The position numbers were made by a program, and so were the translations under genes. DNA of 63,250 nucleotides, the filler included. It is 8 parts of 8 records of this genome, joined end to end, with 100 filler letters (N's around TTAATTAATTAA, not from the genome) between each part and the next. Parts side by side here need not be neighbours in the genome. Positions count along the whole stretch, not along the records: positions 18,685 to 24,218 come from SRR31147125_30796; positions 24,319 to 31,034 come from SRR31147125_30798; positions 31,135 to 38,104 come from SRR31147125_30809; 5 more parts are not named here. One strand, written 5' to 3'. The notes under the pieces were generated by a model that did not search any database, had not been told where the DNA came from, and was given only the letters and a program-made list of their open reading frames with translations. Of this stretch, positions 20,873 through 32,106 are shown piece by piece. How positions within the stretch are numbered: the first letter of the stretch is position 1; every line of letters begins with the position of its first letter.

Positions 20873-21418
20873 TCATCTCGAATATGGTGTATCGAAATTG
20901 TTGTCAAAAACCTTTTCATACCCAAGCGCGCTTTTTGGATGGAGGGCTTTGGTCTCATCCGGATATCCAATGGCGATGATGGATTCCACCTTTATCTCTT
21001 CCGGCAATCCCAATAGCGATTGAACATAGGTTTCCGCCATTTTTGAGCCGTCATGCTCTCTTTTTCGAATCTGAATCCAGCAGCTGCCAAGTCCCAGTGC
21101 TTCTGCTGCCAGATGAATATATATGGAGGCAATGGAGGCATCTTCAACCCACACATCCGTGGCAGTTGAATCCGCACATACCACGATTCCCAAGGGTGCC
21201 CCTTTTAGGAACTTGGCCCCGTGGGGTTTTGATTTTGAAAGTTTTTCCAGAAGCTCCGGTTGATCAACCACAACGAATCGCCATGGGTTGAATCCCCTGG
21301 ATGAGGGGGATCTGAGAGCGGCTTCGATCAGCTGATCCACCTTTTCCTTTTCTATCGGTGCCGATGTAAACTGCCTGATACTCCGTCGTTTTGCTATCAA
21401 TTCAAAAAACATCATCAA
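20873..21418 (-). CDS. Nitroreductase family protein
   Basis: RRSIRQF, SPSS..NPWRFVVV, LGLGSCW, AIGYP. Confidence 0.92.
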   Translation of the reverse strand: MMMFFELIAKRRSIRQFTSAPIEKEKVDQLIEAALRSPSSRGFNPWRFVVVDQPELLEKLSKSKPHGAKFLKGAPLGIVVCADSTATDVWVEDASIASIYIHLAAEALGLGSCWIQIRKREHDGSKMAETYVQSLLGLPEEIKVESIIAIGYPDETKALHPKSALGYEKVFDNNFDTPYSR

Positions 21419-21522
21419 TGTCCTTTTGGAGATTATTCTATTTTCGGGGATATCCTTCTATTCATTGCTCCGCCGGTTTTTTGTTTTTTTCCGATGGCTT
21501 TGAGGTTCTCCTTGCTTTCGCA

Positions 21523-21915
21523 TCAATACCGGGTGATGTCAATGGTGCCGTCATCGGTCATTTCACGGAATTTCCTTCTCAAAAAATTCTTGAATCGATT
21601 TCGGGATGGAGGCCACAACAGCAGCAGTCCGGCACAATCCGTCATCAATCCGGGAGTGATCAACACCACACCGGCTGCAAATATAATTAAAGCATCGATC
21701 AGCTCTTCTGCAGGCATATGGCCTTGCTGCATACTTGTCCGAACTTTGAGCATGGTATTCATCCCCTCCATTCTGGCAAGCCATGCACCGAAAAAACCGG
21801 TGGCAATCACCACAAGAATGGTTTCAAACCCACCAATCACACTCCCCATTTGAATCAGCAGCCAAAGCTCAATCACGGGAATCAATGTAAAACACAAAAA
21901 GAGTCTAAATAGCAT
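21523..21915 (-). CDS. fxsA: FxsA family membrane protein
   Basis: PVIELWLLI, LITPGLMTD motif. Confidence 0.88.
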   Translation of the reverse strand: MLFRLFLCFTLIPVIELWLLIQMGSVIGGFETILVVIATGFFGAWLARMEGMNTMLKVRTSMQQGHMPAEELIDALIIFAAGVVLITPGLMTDCAGLLLLWPPSRNRFKNFLRRKFREMTDDGTIDITRY

Positions 21916-22185
21916 ATGTTTCCTATCGGTATTCAGATAATACCCATGAGCGGCCGACTTCTCGACGAAGAGCGAATGCTCTTGATAGCGTATCGTTAAG
22001 GGCGTTCAAATGAACCTCCATGTTTGCCGGCGCATCACAGTGATGCATAAAAGCTTTTTTATTACAGCACCTTATGGAGACCCTCCAATGAAAGACTTTA
22101 CACTTTCCCACTGTGAGCCTCTCAAAGAAATCAGCAAAGGATCCACCATAGAAAAGTGTAAAGCCACATTGGAATTCCGATAATT

Positions 22186-23912
22186 TTACGCTAAAGCCTC
22201 ATGAATGGCAAGCACCATTCCATATCCACCCTGGACATTCAAGGTATTGGTAATCCCTTTAGCCGCAAGGACAATCTGCCCCTCATAGGAGCGAGGACCT
22301 GTTCCGCAAATAATGTACAATGGCGTGCCTTCCTCATTATTGCCGAATTCGGCCTCAATTTCCCCTACTCTTCTTCTGAGCTCTTCTTGAGGAATATTAA
22401 TCCATTGATCTCCATATTTGTCCACAAAAGGCCCTGCCTGGATAGTGCTTCTCACATCCAGCACTTTGATATCGCCGCTTTTGAAAGCCTCCAGAAATTC
22501 ATAGGTATCAGCCGATTTCAAGCTGTGATTCAGCGTATTGTCCAACGCATTGCCGGCATTATTGACAACATCCATGGCTGAGGCATACGGGGGGAATAAC
22601 TCACTTCAAGATTGCAGATCTCGCTGACATCCACACCAAATTTTAATAAGGGTGCCACGGCATCCACCCTTGACTTCACTGCATCTCCTTGGGGACCCGC
22701 CGCTTCGACACCCAATACTCTTCGACTTCTTTTGTCTGCAATGAGTTTCATGAACATAAAATCGGAATCCGGAAAAAAATGGGCTCTATCGGACTGGGCA
22801 ACCGTGACGGCAACCGGATCAAACCCGGCCGCTTCCGCCTGGGCAACCGTAAGACCCGCTTTGGCCGCTCCCATATCGAACACCTTAATACAAAAGGACC
22901 CCACACTGCCGGGAAACTGCTCATTTCCACCATTGAGGTTGGTGGCAATGATACGGCCCTGTCGGTTGGCCAGCGAACCGAGTGGCATGACGCAATCCTG
23001 TCCGCTGACTAGATTTGTGAACTCGGCGCAGTCCCCACCGGCATAGATATCCGGATCAGTGGTTTGCATGCGTTTATTAACCAAAATCCCGCGATTGCGT
23101 CCCACGGCAAGTCCGGCCTCTGCCGCCAATTCGGAATTGGGGCGGACTCCGGCTGCCAGGATCACCATGTCACACGCTAGGGTTCGGTTGGAGGTTTCCA
23201 CGGACTGCACCCCGTTTTCCGCATCCCCGTTGATACGCATCACCCGTTCGGAGAGAAGAAGCTGTACCCCGTTGTCTTCCAGCTTTTTCTCCACAATGCG
23301 GGCCATATCCGGACTCATCGCCTGGGGCAGAACATGATCGAACATCTCGATGATGGTGGTCTCGATTCCCCACAGGTCAGTCAACGCTTCCGCCATCTCG
23401 ATTCCAATGGCACCGGCACCGATAACGACGGCATTCTCCACTTCCCCTCTGGAGATAGCCCCTTTTACGGCTTCTGCATGATGGAGATTGGAAACGACAT
23501 GCACCTGGGGCAGATCCGCTCCCGGAAAAGGCGGTCTCAAAGGTGTGGCACCGGTTGCCATGACCAGTTTATCGTATTCGAGCTCAGCGTCTCGATCTTC
23601 ATCAAGATAGCGCACCACCACTTTCTTTTCCGCCCGATTTATCCGGATGGCCTCAACCCTTGTCAAGACATCGAAACCCTTGACATGTTTGAAAAAGCCC
23701 ACATCCCGTTTTGCATGGGCGATGGTGGAGTAGAGCCCCTCCAACTCGGCCACATCTCCCCCGACATAATAAGGGATACCGCACCCGCCGTAAGATATCA
23801 GGGCATCTCTATCAATAACGGTGATCTCAATATCGGGATTGATACGTCTCAACCGGCAGGCCACTTTGGGTCCCAAAGCCACCGCACCGATGATCAACAC
23901 TTTTTCAGCCAT
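22186..23912 (-). CDS. CoA-disulfide reductase-like flavoprotein with C-terminal rhodanese; frameshift in a homopolymer near 22590
   Basis: SYGGCGIPY, ATGA, GAGAIG, YAGGD, then YSP(PYA)..MDVVNNAG continuing into a rhodanese domain (LDVR, ICGTGPRS) in another frame. Confidence 0.88.
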
Positions 23913-24218
23913 TTACAACCTCCTGTTCAATCTTTACATACCTTGAATATTTACATATTTGTGTTCCACACTCTTCGACGAGAAGCGACACCGGTTAAAC
24001 AAGGTACTTGGGTTGCGGATTTCCCGCGCTGGAACCTTACATCCCGTTTCTTGTCGAAAAAACAAGAATTTGATGAAAAGCGTCGAGTTGCGGGTTTCCC
24101 GCGTTAGATATGTGAATGCAGACTAAAGCCATCCGTTCCAATGACTTCTATCAAAAAATCGGAATTAATTCTTTTTGCGGCCATTTTTTATAACGGCCAT
24201 GTCAGGCCGCCTGACACA

Positions 24219-24318
24219 NNNNNNNNNNNNNNNNNNNNNNNNNNNNNNNNNNNNNNNNNNNNTTAATTAATTAANNNNNNNNNNNNNNNNNNNNNNNNNN
24301 NNNNNNNNNNNNNNNNNN
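24219..24318. other. Artificial contig spacer
   Basis: N/TTAATTAATTAA/N linker. Confidence 0.99.
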
Positions 24319-24618
24319 TTTACTTCCCTCATCAGCTATAATCAGTTCAAATTGCCCATAAGTATCCGGGACTTTAAAAATTATTTTGTTTGATCCTTCC
24401 ATTAATGGCTTTATATCAAAACTCTGAGTCCTGCTATTCTCAAATCGGATAATTGTATTTGACCCATCCCCATCAAATGGTCCTAAAACATAAGCTTCGG
24501 AATTTGCGACAAAGTATCTTGGAATAGTGAAATTTTTAGTTGTTCTTTCTTTCACCACTTGCGGAAAGGCAAATGAACAAATAAAGAGGAGAAATAACAA
24601 AATACTGGGTGGTTTCAT
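24319..24618 (-). CDS. Secreted hypothetical protein, 3'-truncated
   Basis: Signal-peptide-like N-terminus; ORF runs into the gap. Confidence 0.55.
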
Positions 24619-24758
24619 AGTTTGATTAATTGGTTTAGTTAAAAATACATTTTTTTACTTTCCAATTCAAGCTGAATTTAAGTATTAAATTAGGAAATAA
24701 AAAAACAAACCCGAAGGCTCAATACCATCGGGTCTGCTTCTGGAAACTATAACAAAGA

Positions 24759-26092
24759 CTACAATTCAATGGCAACGCCATTGTAGAAGTCAAGTATTTT
24801 TGTGCGGAAAATGTATTCGTATTTTGCCTGAGCAAGATCACTTTTAGCTTTTGCCATATTATTTTTTGCAAGGTTATATTCTACTGTGTTAACCATTCCT
24901 ACATTAAATTTTTCTTCGGTGTAGCGAAATGCTTCCTGCATTGATGTTACTGCTTTATCATTTGCCATGTAACGTTTTAAAGCTGCTAATGCATTTGCAT
25001 AAGCCTGCTCAATGTCTTGCCGAAGTTGATTCTTTGTACTTTGCACTTCCAGTTCCTGGCTCACAACCTGCAACTCGGCATTACTAATTTGAGTACGAGT
25101 GAGGTTTTTATTGAAAATTGGAATCTGTAAGTTCATTCCAAAACCATACCGCTCATTACTTTTAAGCTGATCGCTTAACTCCAATTTATTTCCCTGAAGA
25201 TCGGTGTATTTATCATTATACGAATTGTAATAATCGGCACCGAATGTAAGGTTTGGATAAAGTTGACTTTTTGCTATTGCAACCTGTTTTTTATACGATT
25301 CAAGCTGATATACTGCACTTTTTACTTCCGGACGGATCTGCACAGCATTACGAAAAACATCCATCGAATTAATCATAGTCCGGTTTGCCGTAATCACAGG
25401 CAGCTCTGGAACTGATATTTCAAAACTTTCTGTTGAAGGAAGTTCCAGCAATTGATACAAATTAAGATAGGCCAATTGAAGTTTGTTTTCTTCATTAACC
25501 AGATTCAATTCTTCACGAGCAAACTGGGCTTCAATTTCCAAAAGACTTCCTTTGGCCAAACTCCTGCATCAACCAATTTGCCTGTTCTTTCAATTTGTTG
25601 TTTAGTGACTTCGAGTTGATCTTTAGCCACCTGAACTAACTCCTGAGAAAATAATATTTCAAGATAAGACGCTGCAATCATAAGCATGATATCATCTTTG
25701 GCTTTCTCAAGCGTTTCAATACTGGCTTTTAAGTTTAGTTCTGCCTTATCGATTGAGTTATTTAATGCAGAACCATTCCAAAGCGTAATACCGGAGCTTA
25801 AACTAGCTCTGGTTGTATTCGAATTTACTTCAGCGTAGGTATTATCAAATTGTAGGGATCGACCAAAACTAAAGCTGTTGCCTATAGACCCACTAAGAGA
25901 TGGCAAACGATTATTTTTGGATTGCTGCAACTCATTTTTATAATAGCCTGTATTTAAATCCTGCTGCTTAATTTGAATGTTATTCTCAAGTGCATAGTCA
26001 ACACACTTTTGAAGATCCCAAACGTTTTGCGCATTTAGCTGGAAGGAACAGAGTAATAAAATAGATACAACACTATAAATAAGATGTCTCAT
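24759..26092 (-). CDS. TolC family outer-membrane efflux protein; frameshift in a T run near 25560
   Basis: WDLQKCVDYALENN N-half and EKFNVG..YIFRTKILDFY C-half join as DAGVLAKG if one T is restored. Confidence 0.88.
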
Positions 26093-26264
26093 CTTTATCA
26101 GTTTTTTATTTTTAAATGTCAACATGGGAATATCAATCTGTTTAATCGGGATTAACCCTTATCTGCAAAGCAATATAAACGATTAAAACCACATGAACGA
26201 TTATCCTTAACTTTTTTAAAATTTATTAAGCTAATTTAATAATTCATACATAGATGAACCTTGC

Positions 26265-27395
26265 TTATCCTTTATTTTCTTCTTTTTCTTTTAGTTTCTT
26301 AGGGTCAATTTTTTCGCCTTTAACCTTATCTTCTTTTTCAAGACCAGAAATAATTTCAATATTAATCCCATCAGACAATCCGGTTTCAACAAATCGTTTT
26401 TCATAAATTGGTTCTTCTGAAGTACCCGTATTCACTTCAACAAACGATGAGTCGTTTTCAAATTTCAGGAATCCTTCCGGAATTACCATTACACTGTCTT
26501 TTTTCTCTAAAACAATATTGGCATTTGCACTGTAACCTGCCCGGATAAACTGACCTTCTTTTAGTTGTACATTGGCTTTAATTTCAAACTGAATAGCTCC
26601 GTTTTCTTCAACTCCTTTAGGTGACAAGTATGTAAGAATGGCATCAAATTCTTCATCGTCGATAGCTCCAATGGTAAGAATAATGTTCATACCTTCTTTT
26701 ACTTTACCAACTTCGGTTTCATCAACTTTTCCTTCAAAAATCATATCGGTCATATCGGCCACAACAGCAATAGTTGTTCCTGCATTAAAAGTGTTAGCTT
26801 GAATTACAGAGTTCCCAACTTCAACAGGTACATCCAGCACCATTCCGTTTATGGTTGATCGAATGAGTGTATTTGTAGTTGTTTCCGATTTTTTTGTAAC
26901 ACCTTCTTTTATTAACTCCAGATTATTTTCAGCTGAATAAAGTTCCTCCCGAGAGGTTTTGAATGCCAAATCTGCTTTCTGGTAATCTTCATAGGAAATT
27001 ACTTTCTTCTCATACAAATCGTGCTGGCGATCGTAATCGATTTTAGCATCTTCGTAGTTCATTTTTGCACGGTTAACTCTCGACTCAGCATTATTCAATG
27101 TAACCATGTCGGGTATAATTTTCACTTTGGCAATAATGTCGCCCATTGTAACCATCTGACCTGCTTCGAGGTACACTTTATCAATAATGCCTGAAACCTG
27201 CGGCTTAATTTCAATTTCGTAACGCGGAACAACAGAACCTGTTGCTACCGTTTTTTTAGTAATACTTTCAACGCTCGGCACCTGATTCTTATACACTTCA
27301 GGTGCCTTTTGTGATTTGGCATAAAGGAAATAGAATGTTCCTAGGAAAACTCCTATTAAAATTACAAGTCCAGTAATTTTTAATGCTTTTTTCAT
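26265..27395 (-). CDS. MacA-like periplasmic adaptor (membrane fusion protein)
   Basis: N-terminal TM, IKPQVSGII, IRSTINGMVL, VDETEVGKV. Confidence 0.92.
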   Translation of the reverse strand: MKKALKITGLVILIGVFLGTFYFLYAKSQKAPEVYKNQVPSVESITKKTVATGSVVPRYEIEIKPQVSGIIDKVYLEAGQMVTMGDIIAKVKIIPDMVTLNNAESRVNRAKMNYEDAKIDYDRQHDLYEKKVISYEDYQKADLAFKTSREELYSAENNLELIKEGVTKKSETTTNTLIRSTINGMVLDVPVEVGNSVIQANTFNAGTTIAVVADMTDMIFEGKVDETEVGKVKEGMNIILTIGAIDDEEFDAILTYLSPKGVEENGAIQFEIKANVQLKEGQFIRAGYSANANIVLEKKDSVMVIPEGFLKFENDSSFVEVNTGTSEEPIYEKRFVETGLSDGINIEIISGLEKEDKVKGEKIDPKKLKEKEENKG

Positions 27396-27426
27396 GACGT
27401 ATTTTTTTATTTATTGTTTCTTTTAA

Positions 27427-28698
27427 TTATTCTGAACGTAAGGCATCAATTGGTTTAATAACAACTGCGCGTTTGGCTGGAATATATCCTGCAATAGCAC
27501 CTGATAGAATTAATATCATTAAACAGGCTACCGCCACACCTAAATTTATTTCCGGATTTTTTATGAATATATTTTCGCCTCCATTTTCTACAGCCATTTC
27601 CAGAACATAATTAAACCCTTCGAGTATTAATATTCCAAAAAACAATCCAGCATACCCTGCTATAGTTGTCAAGAAAACACTTTCCTGTATTATTTGAGAA
27701 ATCACACTCCGGGGTGTTGCCCCAATTGCTCTCATAACACCAATTTCTTGAGTTCTTTCTTTAATTATTACTAACATTATATTGCTAACACCTATCACTC
27801 CAGCCAACAAAGTACCAATTCCAACAATCCATGTTAGTATCTGAATACCTGTAAAAAGTGATGAAAATTGTTTGAATTGTTTTTCAAGGTTTACATGACC
27901 AACTGCTTGTACATCGTTTGGTGCAATTTTGTGTCTCTCTTTTAAGGCTGCAATAACTTTATCTTCAACAACACTTGCACTATATCCTTTTTTCGAAGTT
28001 ATTCCCATTACATGAACACTGTTGCCATAGTTGTAGGCTACCTGCATGGTAGAAAAAGGCATAAAAATGCTTTCCTCGGTACGACCATTCATATTAATAC
28101 CTGAAACAGGCTTAACAACTCCCACAATTTGGTAATACACTCCATTTACTCGTATGTATTGCCCAATGGGTTCTTCGTCCATCCTGAACATTTCTTCAAC
28201 TATTTTTTCACCAACAACACATATTTTTCTACGCTGAATAATATCCACTTCATTCAGCCAGCGACCTTTAATTACATCTGCCGGGTCAATTTCATTCCAT
28301 TCAGGATAATCTCCCTTAATATAAAAAGAAGCAGTGCGTTCTCCTCTAACTGTATTGTTTCCACCTCCTCTTCCTCCTGCAAAAAGACGCGGAGCAACAA
28401 CATCGGCTTCTTTAATATGTTTTCTGATAAACGTTACATCTTCATTATCGTAATCCCAGTTTCGGCCCCGTCGCAATCCCTTGTAAGGCTCACTGGTACG
28501 TTGCGTCCACATAAAAAATGAATTAGTTGCAACAGTACCCACGCCATCCGTAATTCCATTTTCCAGCCCCTTACCTGCGCCAGCCATAATGATGAGCATA
28601 AATATGCCCCAAAAAACTCCGAATGCTGTAAGAAAACTTCTAAGTCTATTCTTCTTAAGAGCACTTATTATTTCTGTCCAACGATCTATATCAAACAT
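27427..28698 (-). CDS. MacB/FtsX-like ABC permease
   Basis: RSFLTAFGVFWG, GVSNIMLVIIKERTQEIG, PIDALRSE. Confidence 0.93.
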   Translation of the reverse strand: MFDIDRWTEIISALKKNRLRSFLTAFGVFWGIFMLIIMAGAGKGLENGITDGVGTVATNSFFMWTQRTSEPYKGLRRGRNWDYDNEDVTFIRKHIKEADVVAPRLFAGGRGGGNNTVRGERTASFYIKGDYPEWNEIDPADVIKGRWLNEVDIIQRRKICVVGEKIVEEMFRMDEEPIGQYIRVNGVYYQIVGVVKPVSGINMNGRTEESIFMPFSTMQVAYNYGNSVHVMGITSKKGYSASVVEDKVIAALKERHKIAPNDVQAVGHVNLEKQFKQFSSLFTGIQILTWIVGIGTLLAGVIGVSNIMLVIIKERTQEIGVMRAIGATPRSVISQIIQESVFLTTIAGYAGLFFGILILEGFNYVLEMAVENGGENIFIKNPEINLGVAVACLMILILSGAIAGYIPAKRAVVIKPIDALRSE

Positions 28699-28709
28699 AG
28701 CTTATTTCT

Positions 28710-29978
28710 TTATTCGTCGCGAAGTGCTTCGATAGGTTTTACTGATGAAGCTTTTTTAGCCGGGAAATATCCGGCCAATGCACCAGCCGAAACCAATAAT
28801 AACATGGCGCTTAATGCAATCCGGAGGTCAACAGTTGGATTCATAAACATTCTAAACTCACCTTGATCACCACTCGTTCCAATTTGTGCTTGTGCTTGTT
28901 GTTCCATCATAAAATTAATCCCTTCCATAATGCTAATTCCAAGAAACATTCCGATGTAACCAGCTATGGCTGTAATTAATATTGATTCGAGTAACACTAA
29001 ACCAACTATTGACCCGGGAGTGGCTCCTAGTGCTTTGCGCACTCCAATTTCTTTTGTACGCTCTTTTACAACAATGAGCATTATATTGCTTACCCCTACA
29101 ATTCCTGCAATTAACGTTCCTATTCCAATTAACCATACAAACATTTTAATGGCCTTAAAAATATTCATGGTTTCAATATAGTCTTCCAACGAATTGTAAA
29201 TACCGACAGCACGAGTATCTTCAGGGTCAAACTTGTGATTTTTTGCAAGCAATGCTTTTATTTCTGCTTCAATTTTCTGGCTTTCCTTTTTTGAAACATC
29301 GAAAGTTGTTAAAGCAAAATTATGAATTCTATCCCCTGCACTGAAAAGTTTCTGAGCTGTTGCAATTGGTATTAAACCTTGGTTAGTTCCTTCTCGCGGA
29401 TCTTTCTCATCATATACACCAATTACGACAAATGGGACATTCCCAACTTTAAGGTATTCTCCTATTGGATCAACATTCTTAAATAATGCTTCTTTGATAT
29501 CCTGTCCAATTACCATTACCTTCCGGTTATATTCAAGATCAATCTCGTTGATAAAGCGTCCTTCAGTTATTTCAAATTTCTCAATGTATCTAAAATCCGG
29601 ATGACACGATTGAGTATTGTATGTACCATACTCACTTCCATAAGCATAAGTGCGATTCCCAATCCAGTATCGAGCTGATATTTTATCAATATTTTTCATC
29701 TCCTTTACTGTATTGTAATCATCAATAGTAAATTGAATTCGTCTTCCTGACTGAAACCCGGCATAGGGTTTACTCGTTTCGCGACTCCATACCCACATCG
29801 CATTATGAGCGTTTCCTTCAAAGTTTGAACCAACACCATTACTTAATCCGTTACCGGCTCCCAACAAAATCATGAGCATAAAAATCCCCCATGCAATTGC
29901 AAATCCGGTGAGGAAAGTTCGCATTCTATTTTTTTTGATGGTGGCCAGAATTTCCTGCCAAATATCAATATCGAACAT
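28710..29978 (-). CDS. MacB/FtsX-like ABC permease (paralogue)
   Basis: RTFLTGFAIAWG, GVSNIMLIVVKERTKEIG, PIEALRDE. Confidence 0.93.
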   Translation of the reverse strand: MFDIDIWQEILATIKKNRMRTFLTGFAIAWGIFMLMILLGAGNGLSNGVGSNFEGNAHNAMWVWSRETSKPYAGFQSGRRIQFTIDDYNTVKEMKNIDKISARYWIGNRTYAYGSEYGTYNTQSCHPDFRYIEKFEITEGRFINEIDLEYNRKVMVIGQDIKEALFKNVDPIGEYLKVGNVPFVVIGVYDEKDPREGTNQGLIPIATAQKLFSAGDRIHNFALTTFDVSKKESQKIEAEIKALLAKNHKFDPEDTRAVGIYNSLEDYIETMNIFKAIKMFVWLIGIGTLIAGIVGVSNIMLIVVKERTKEIGVRKALGATPGSIVGLVLLESILITAIAGYIGMFLGISIMEGINFMMEQQAQAQIGTSGDQGEFRMFMNPTVDLRIALSAMLLLVSAGALAGYFPAKKASSVKPIEALRDE

Positions 29979-29987
29979 GGTTAAGAG

Positions 29988-30713
29988 TTATGCGGTTTGC
30001 AATTCTTTTGAATACTTATAACGGAATTCGCTCAAGTCACCGTTACGAATAATCTCATCAATCTGACCATCTTTTAATCGAACGATCTTCTGTGTCATCG
30101 CAGCAATGTCATGTTCGTGAGTTACCAGAATAACTGTAATGCCATCGTTGTTTATTTCTTTCATGATCTCCATCACTTCATACGAAGTAGTAGTATCAAG
30201 CGCACCGGTAGGTTCATCGGCAAAAATAACCTGAGGTTTCGAAATTAATGCACGAGCAATGGCAATACGTTGTTTCTGTCCACCCGACAGTTCATTGGGC
30301 ATATGTTGCGCCCAGTCTTTCAAACCTAACTTGTCAAGATATTCCATAGCCATCATGTTCCTTTTTTTACGTTTCACTCCCTTGTAATAAAGAGGAAGAG
30401 CTACGTTTTCCATGGCGTTTTTAAACGAAATAAGATTGAATGACTGAAATACAAAACCAACCAACTCGTTTCTTAGCATGGCCGCTTTTTTCTCACTCAT
30501 ATTGAGGATGTGCATTCCGTTAAGATGATAAGAACCTTGATCGTAATTATCGAGCATTCCCAAAATATTCAGGAGTGTAGATTTGCCCGATCCGGATGAT
30601 CCCATAATGGAAACAAACTCTCCTTTTTCTATTGTAAGGTCAATTCCTTTCAATACATGAAGTTTGCTACTACCCATTTCATAGGATTTGTGAATGTTGT
30701 TTAATGTAATCAT
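29988..30713 (-). CDS. ABC transporter ATP-binding protein (MacB/LolD type)
   Basis: GSSGSGKST, LSGGQKQR, DEPTGALD. Confidence 0.95.
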   Translation of the reverse strand: MITLNNIHKSYEMGSSKLHVLKGIDLTIEKGEFVSIMGSSGSGKSTLLNILGMLDNYDQGSYHLNGMHILNMSEKKAAMLRNELVGFVFQSFNLISFKNAMENVALPLYYKGVKRKKRNMMAMEYLDKLGLKDWAQHMPNELSGGQKQRIAIARALISKPQVIFADEPTGALDTTTSYEVMEIMKEINNDGITVILVTHEHDIAAMTQKIVRLKDGQIDEIIRNGDLSEFRYKYSKELQTA

Positions 30714-31034
30714 GTTTTCAGGTTTCTGCTTTCTAGTTGTAAAATTGTTTATTTGATAGCTTAAATCAAGAGTTTTTTCGATGAACTGTAGTTTTTTCTA
30801 TGTAAAAGAACTTTTTTGCAGGTAACACTTTTCCTACTTTCTGCTGATTTTCTTTCAATAGGACGAACAAGTGTGCAATACGTTACAAAAACAGAGCCAG
30901 AAATTAATTGTGCTACTCAATGCAAAAATTCAACTTTCTGAAACTTAGAACAACCACCCCGCCTGACACGAAGGGGAAAGTTTCATCATTTACTTTTTTC
31001 TGAGATTTCATCTCTTCAATATGAATTTATAAAT

Positions 31035-31134
31035 NNNNNNNNNNNNNNNNNNNNNNNNNNNNNNNNNNNNNNNNNNNNTTAATTAATTAANNNNNNNNNN
31101 NNNNNNNNNNNNNNNNNNNNNNNNNNNNNNNNNN
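31035..31134. other. Artificial contig spacer
   Basis: N/TTAATTAATTAA/N linker. Confidence 0.99.
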
Positions 31135-31755
31135 ATCGTCGAGCAAGCCGAAAACGATTCCGAACTCGCTGACAATATTCGCGGACGCAAGGATGTCGAT
31201 TGGGCCAAGGTTGGTGCCGCCATTGGCACGGCCGGTCAACGCGTCCTTGAAAAGCTCGCCCTGAGTGCCCGTCCATCCGAAGCGGATGCCATGTCGAGCG
31301 CCAAGGCCATTGCCTATGGCCGTCTCAAGAACCGCGCCGGCTTTTCCGCGCAGGAATGGCGGTTGGCCTGGAACCAGGTCAAGGCACTTGCCGACCGCGA
31401 GCAGATCGATATGCGTACGCTCGCCCGTTTTGCCCGTTTCGGTTATGGCCACCATGTGGCCTCCAGCCTCACCATGATGCTCAACGTGCCGGCCGAGGTG
31501 CTGCTGAAATGGCTGTCGACCCAGGACTACGTGGCCGTGACCATCTCGCTAAGGGCGATGGGCATGGATCCGGAACTGGTCGGCTCGGTCTTTGCGGCCC
31601 TGCCGTGGCGCGATGCCCCGTCCAAGGAAGATATCGATCAGATTCTGCAGCGTTTCGAGGCGCTCAGCTCCGACGAGGCCCGCGGGATCTTCCGCCTGTG
31701 GCGTGCCCATGCTTTCCGCAAGCGCCCGCAAAACAGCCAGCACGCCGTTGCCTGA
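31135..31755 (+). CDS. DUF2336-like protein, 5'-truncated
   Basis: Frame is open to the contig edge; C-terminal FEALSSDEARGIFRLWR resembles alphaproteobacterial DUF2336 proteins. Confidence 0.65.
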   Translation: MVEQAENDSELADNIRGRKDVDWAKVGAAIGTAGQRVLEKLALSARPSEADAMSSAKAIAYGRLKNRAGFSAQEWRLAWNQVKALADREQIDMRTLARFARFGYGHHVASSLTMMLNVPAEVLLKWLSTQDYVAVTISLRAMGMDPELVGSVFAALPWRDAPSKEDIDQILQRFEALSSDEARGIFRLWRAHAFRKRPQNSQHAVA

Positions 31756-31775
31756 CGGCCGGATATCCCATGCAT

Positions 31776-31804
31776 GAAAAGGGCCGGCGCAAGTCGGCCT
31801 TTTC
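31776..31804 (+). terminator. Intrinsic terminator
   Basis: GAAAAGGGCCGGC-GCAA-GTCGGCCTTTTC. Confidence 0.7.
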
Positions 31805-32069
31805 TTGTGTGTCGGTTGCGCCCGAATCCATCTGAAAACCTGCAAAATTCGGCCTAAACTCCAATCGTCATCATGAGAATTCCGGATTCGATCCGCGGGA
31901 TGAAAAGTACTCCGGAAAGCAGCCGATATCGGCGCGTATAGCTTTGTGAGTTGCGGCGTGGCTTCACGGGCGCTTGCGGTGACGGCAAAAGTGTTTCTAC
32001 CTAGACCTGAAACGCTCTGGCGCGTTCCCTGGCAACCAACGAAAATCGCTGGACCTCGGCAACCGAATA

Positions 32070-32091
32070 GATATAAAGATATCTTTATGTC
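32070..32091. promoter_or_regulatory. SahR/SamR-type operator palindrome
   Basis: Perfect ATAAAGAT|ATCTTTAT (32073-32088) just upstream of the ArsR-methyltransferase/metF operon. Confidence 0.75.
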
Positions 32092-32106
32092 TTTTGGAGA
32101 ACTGCC

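Noticed and set aside
22201-24107. Several + strand ORFs, including 23334-24107
   Set aside because: Antisense to a well-supported flavoprotein gene, with no motifs
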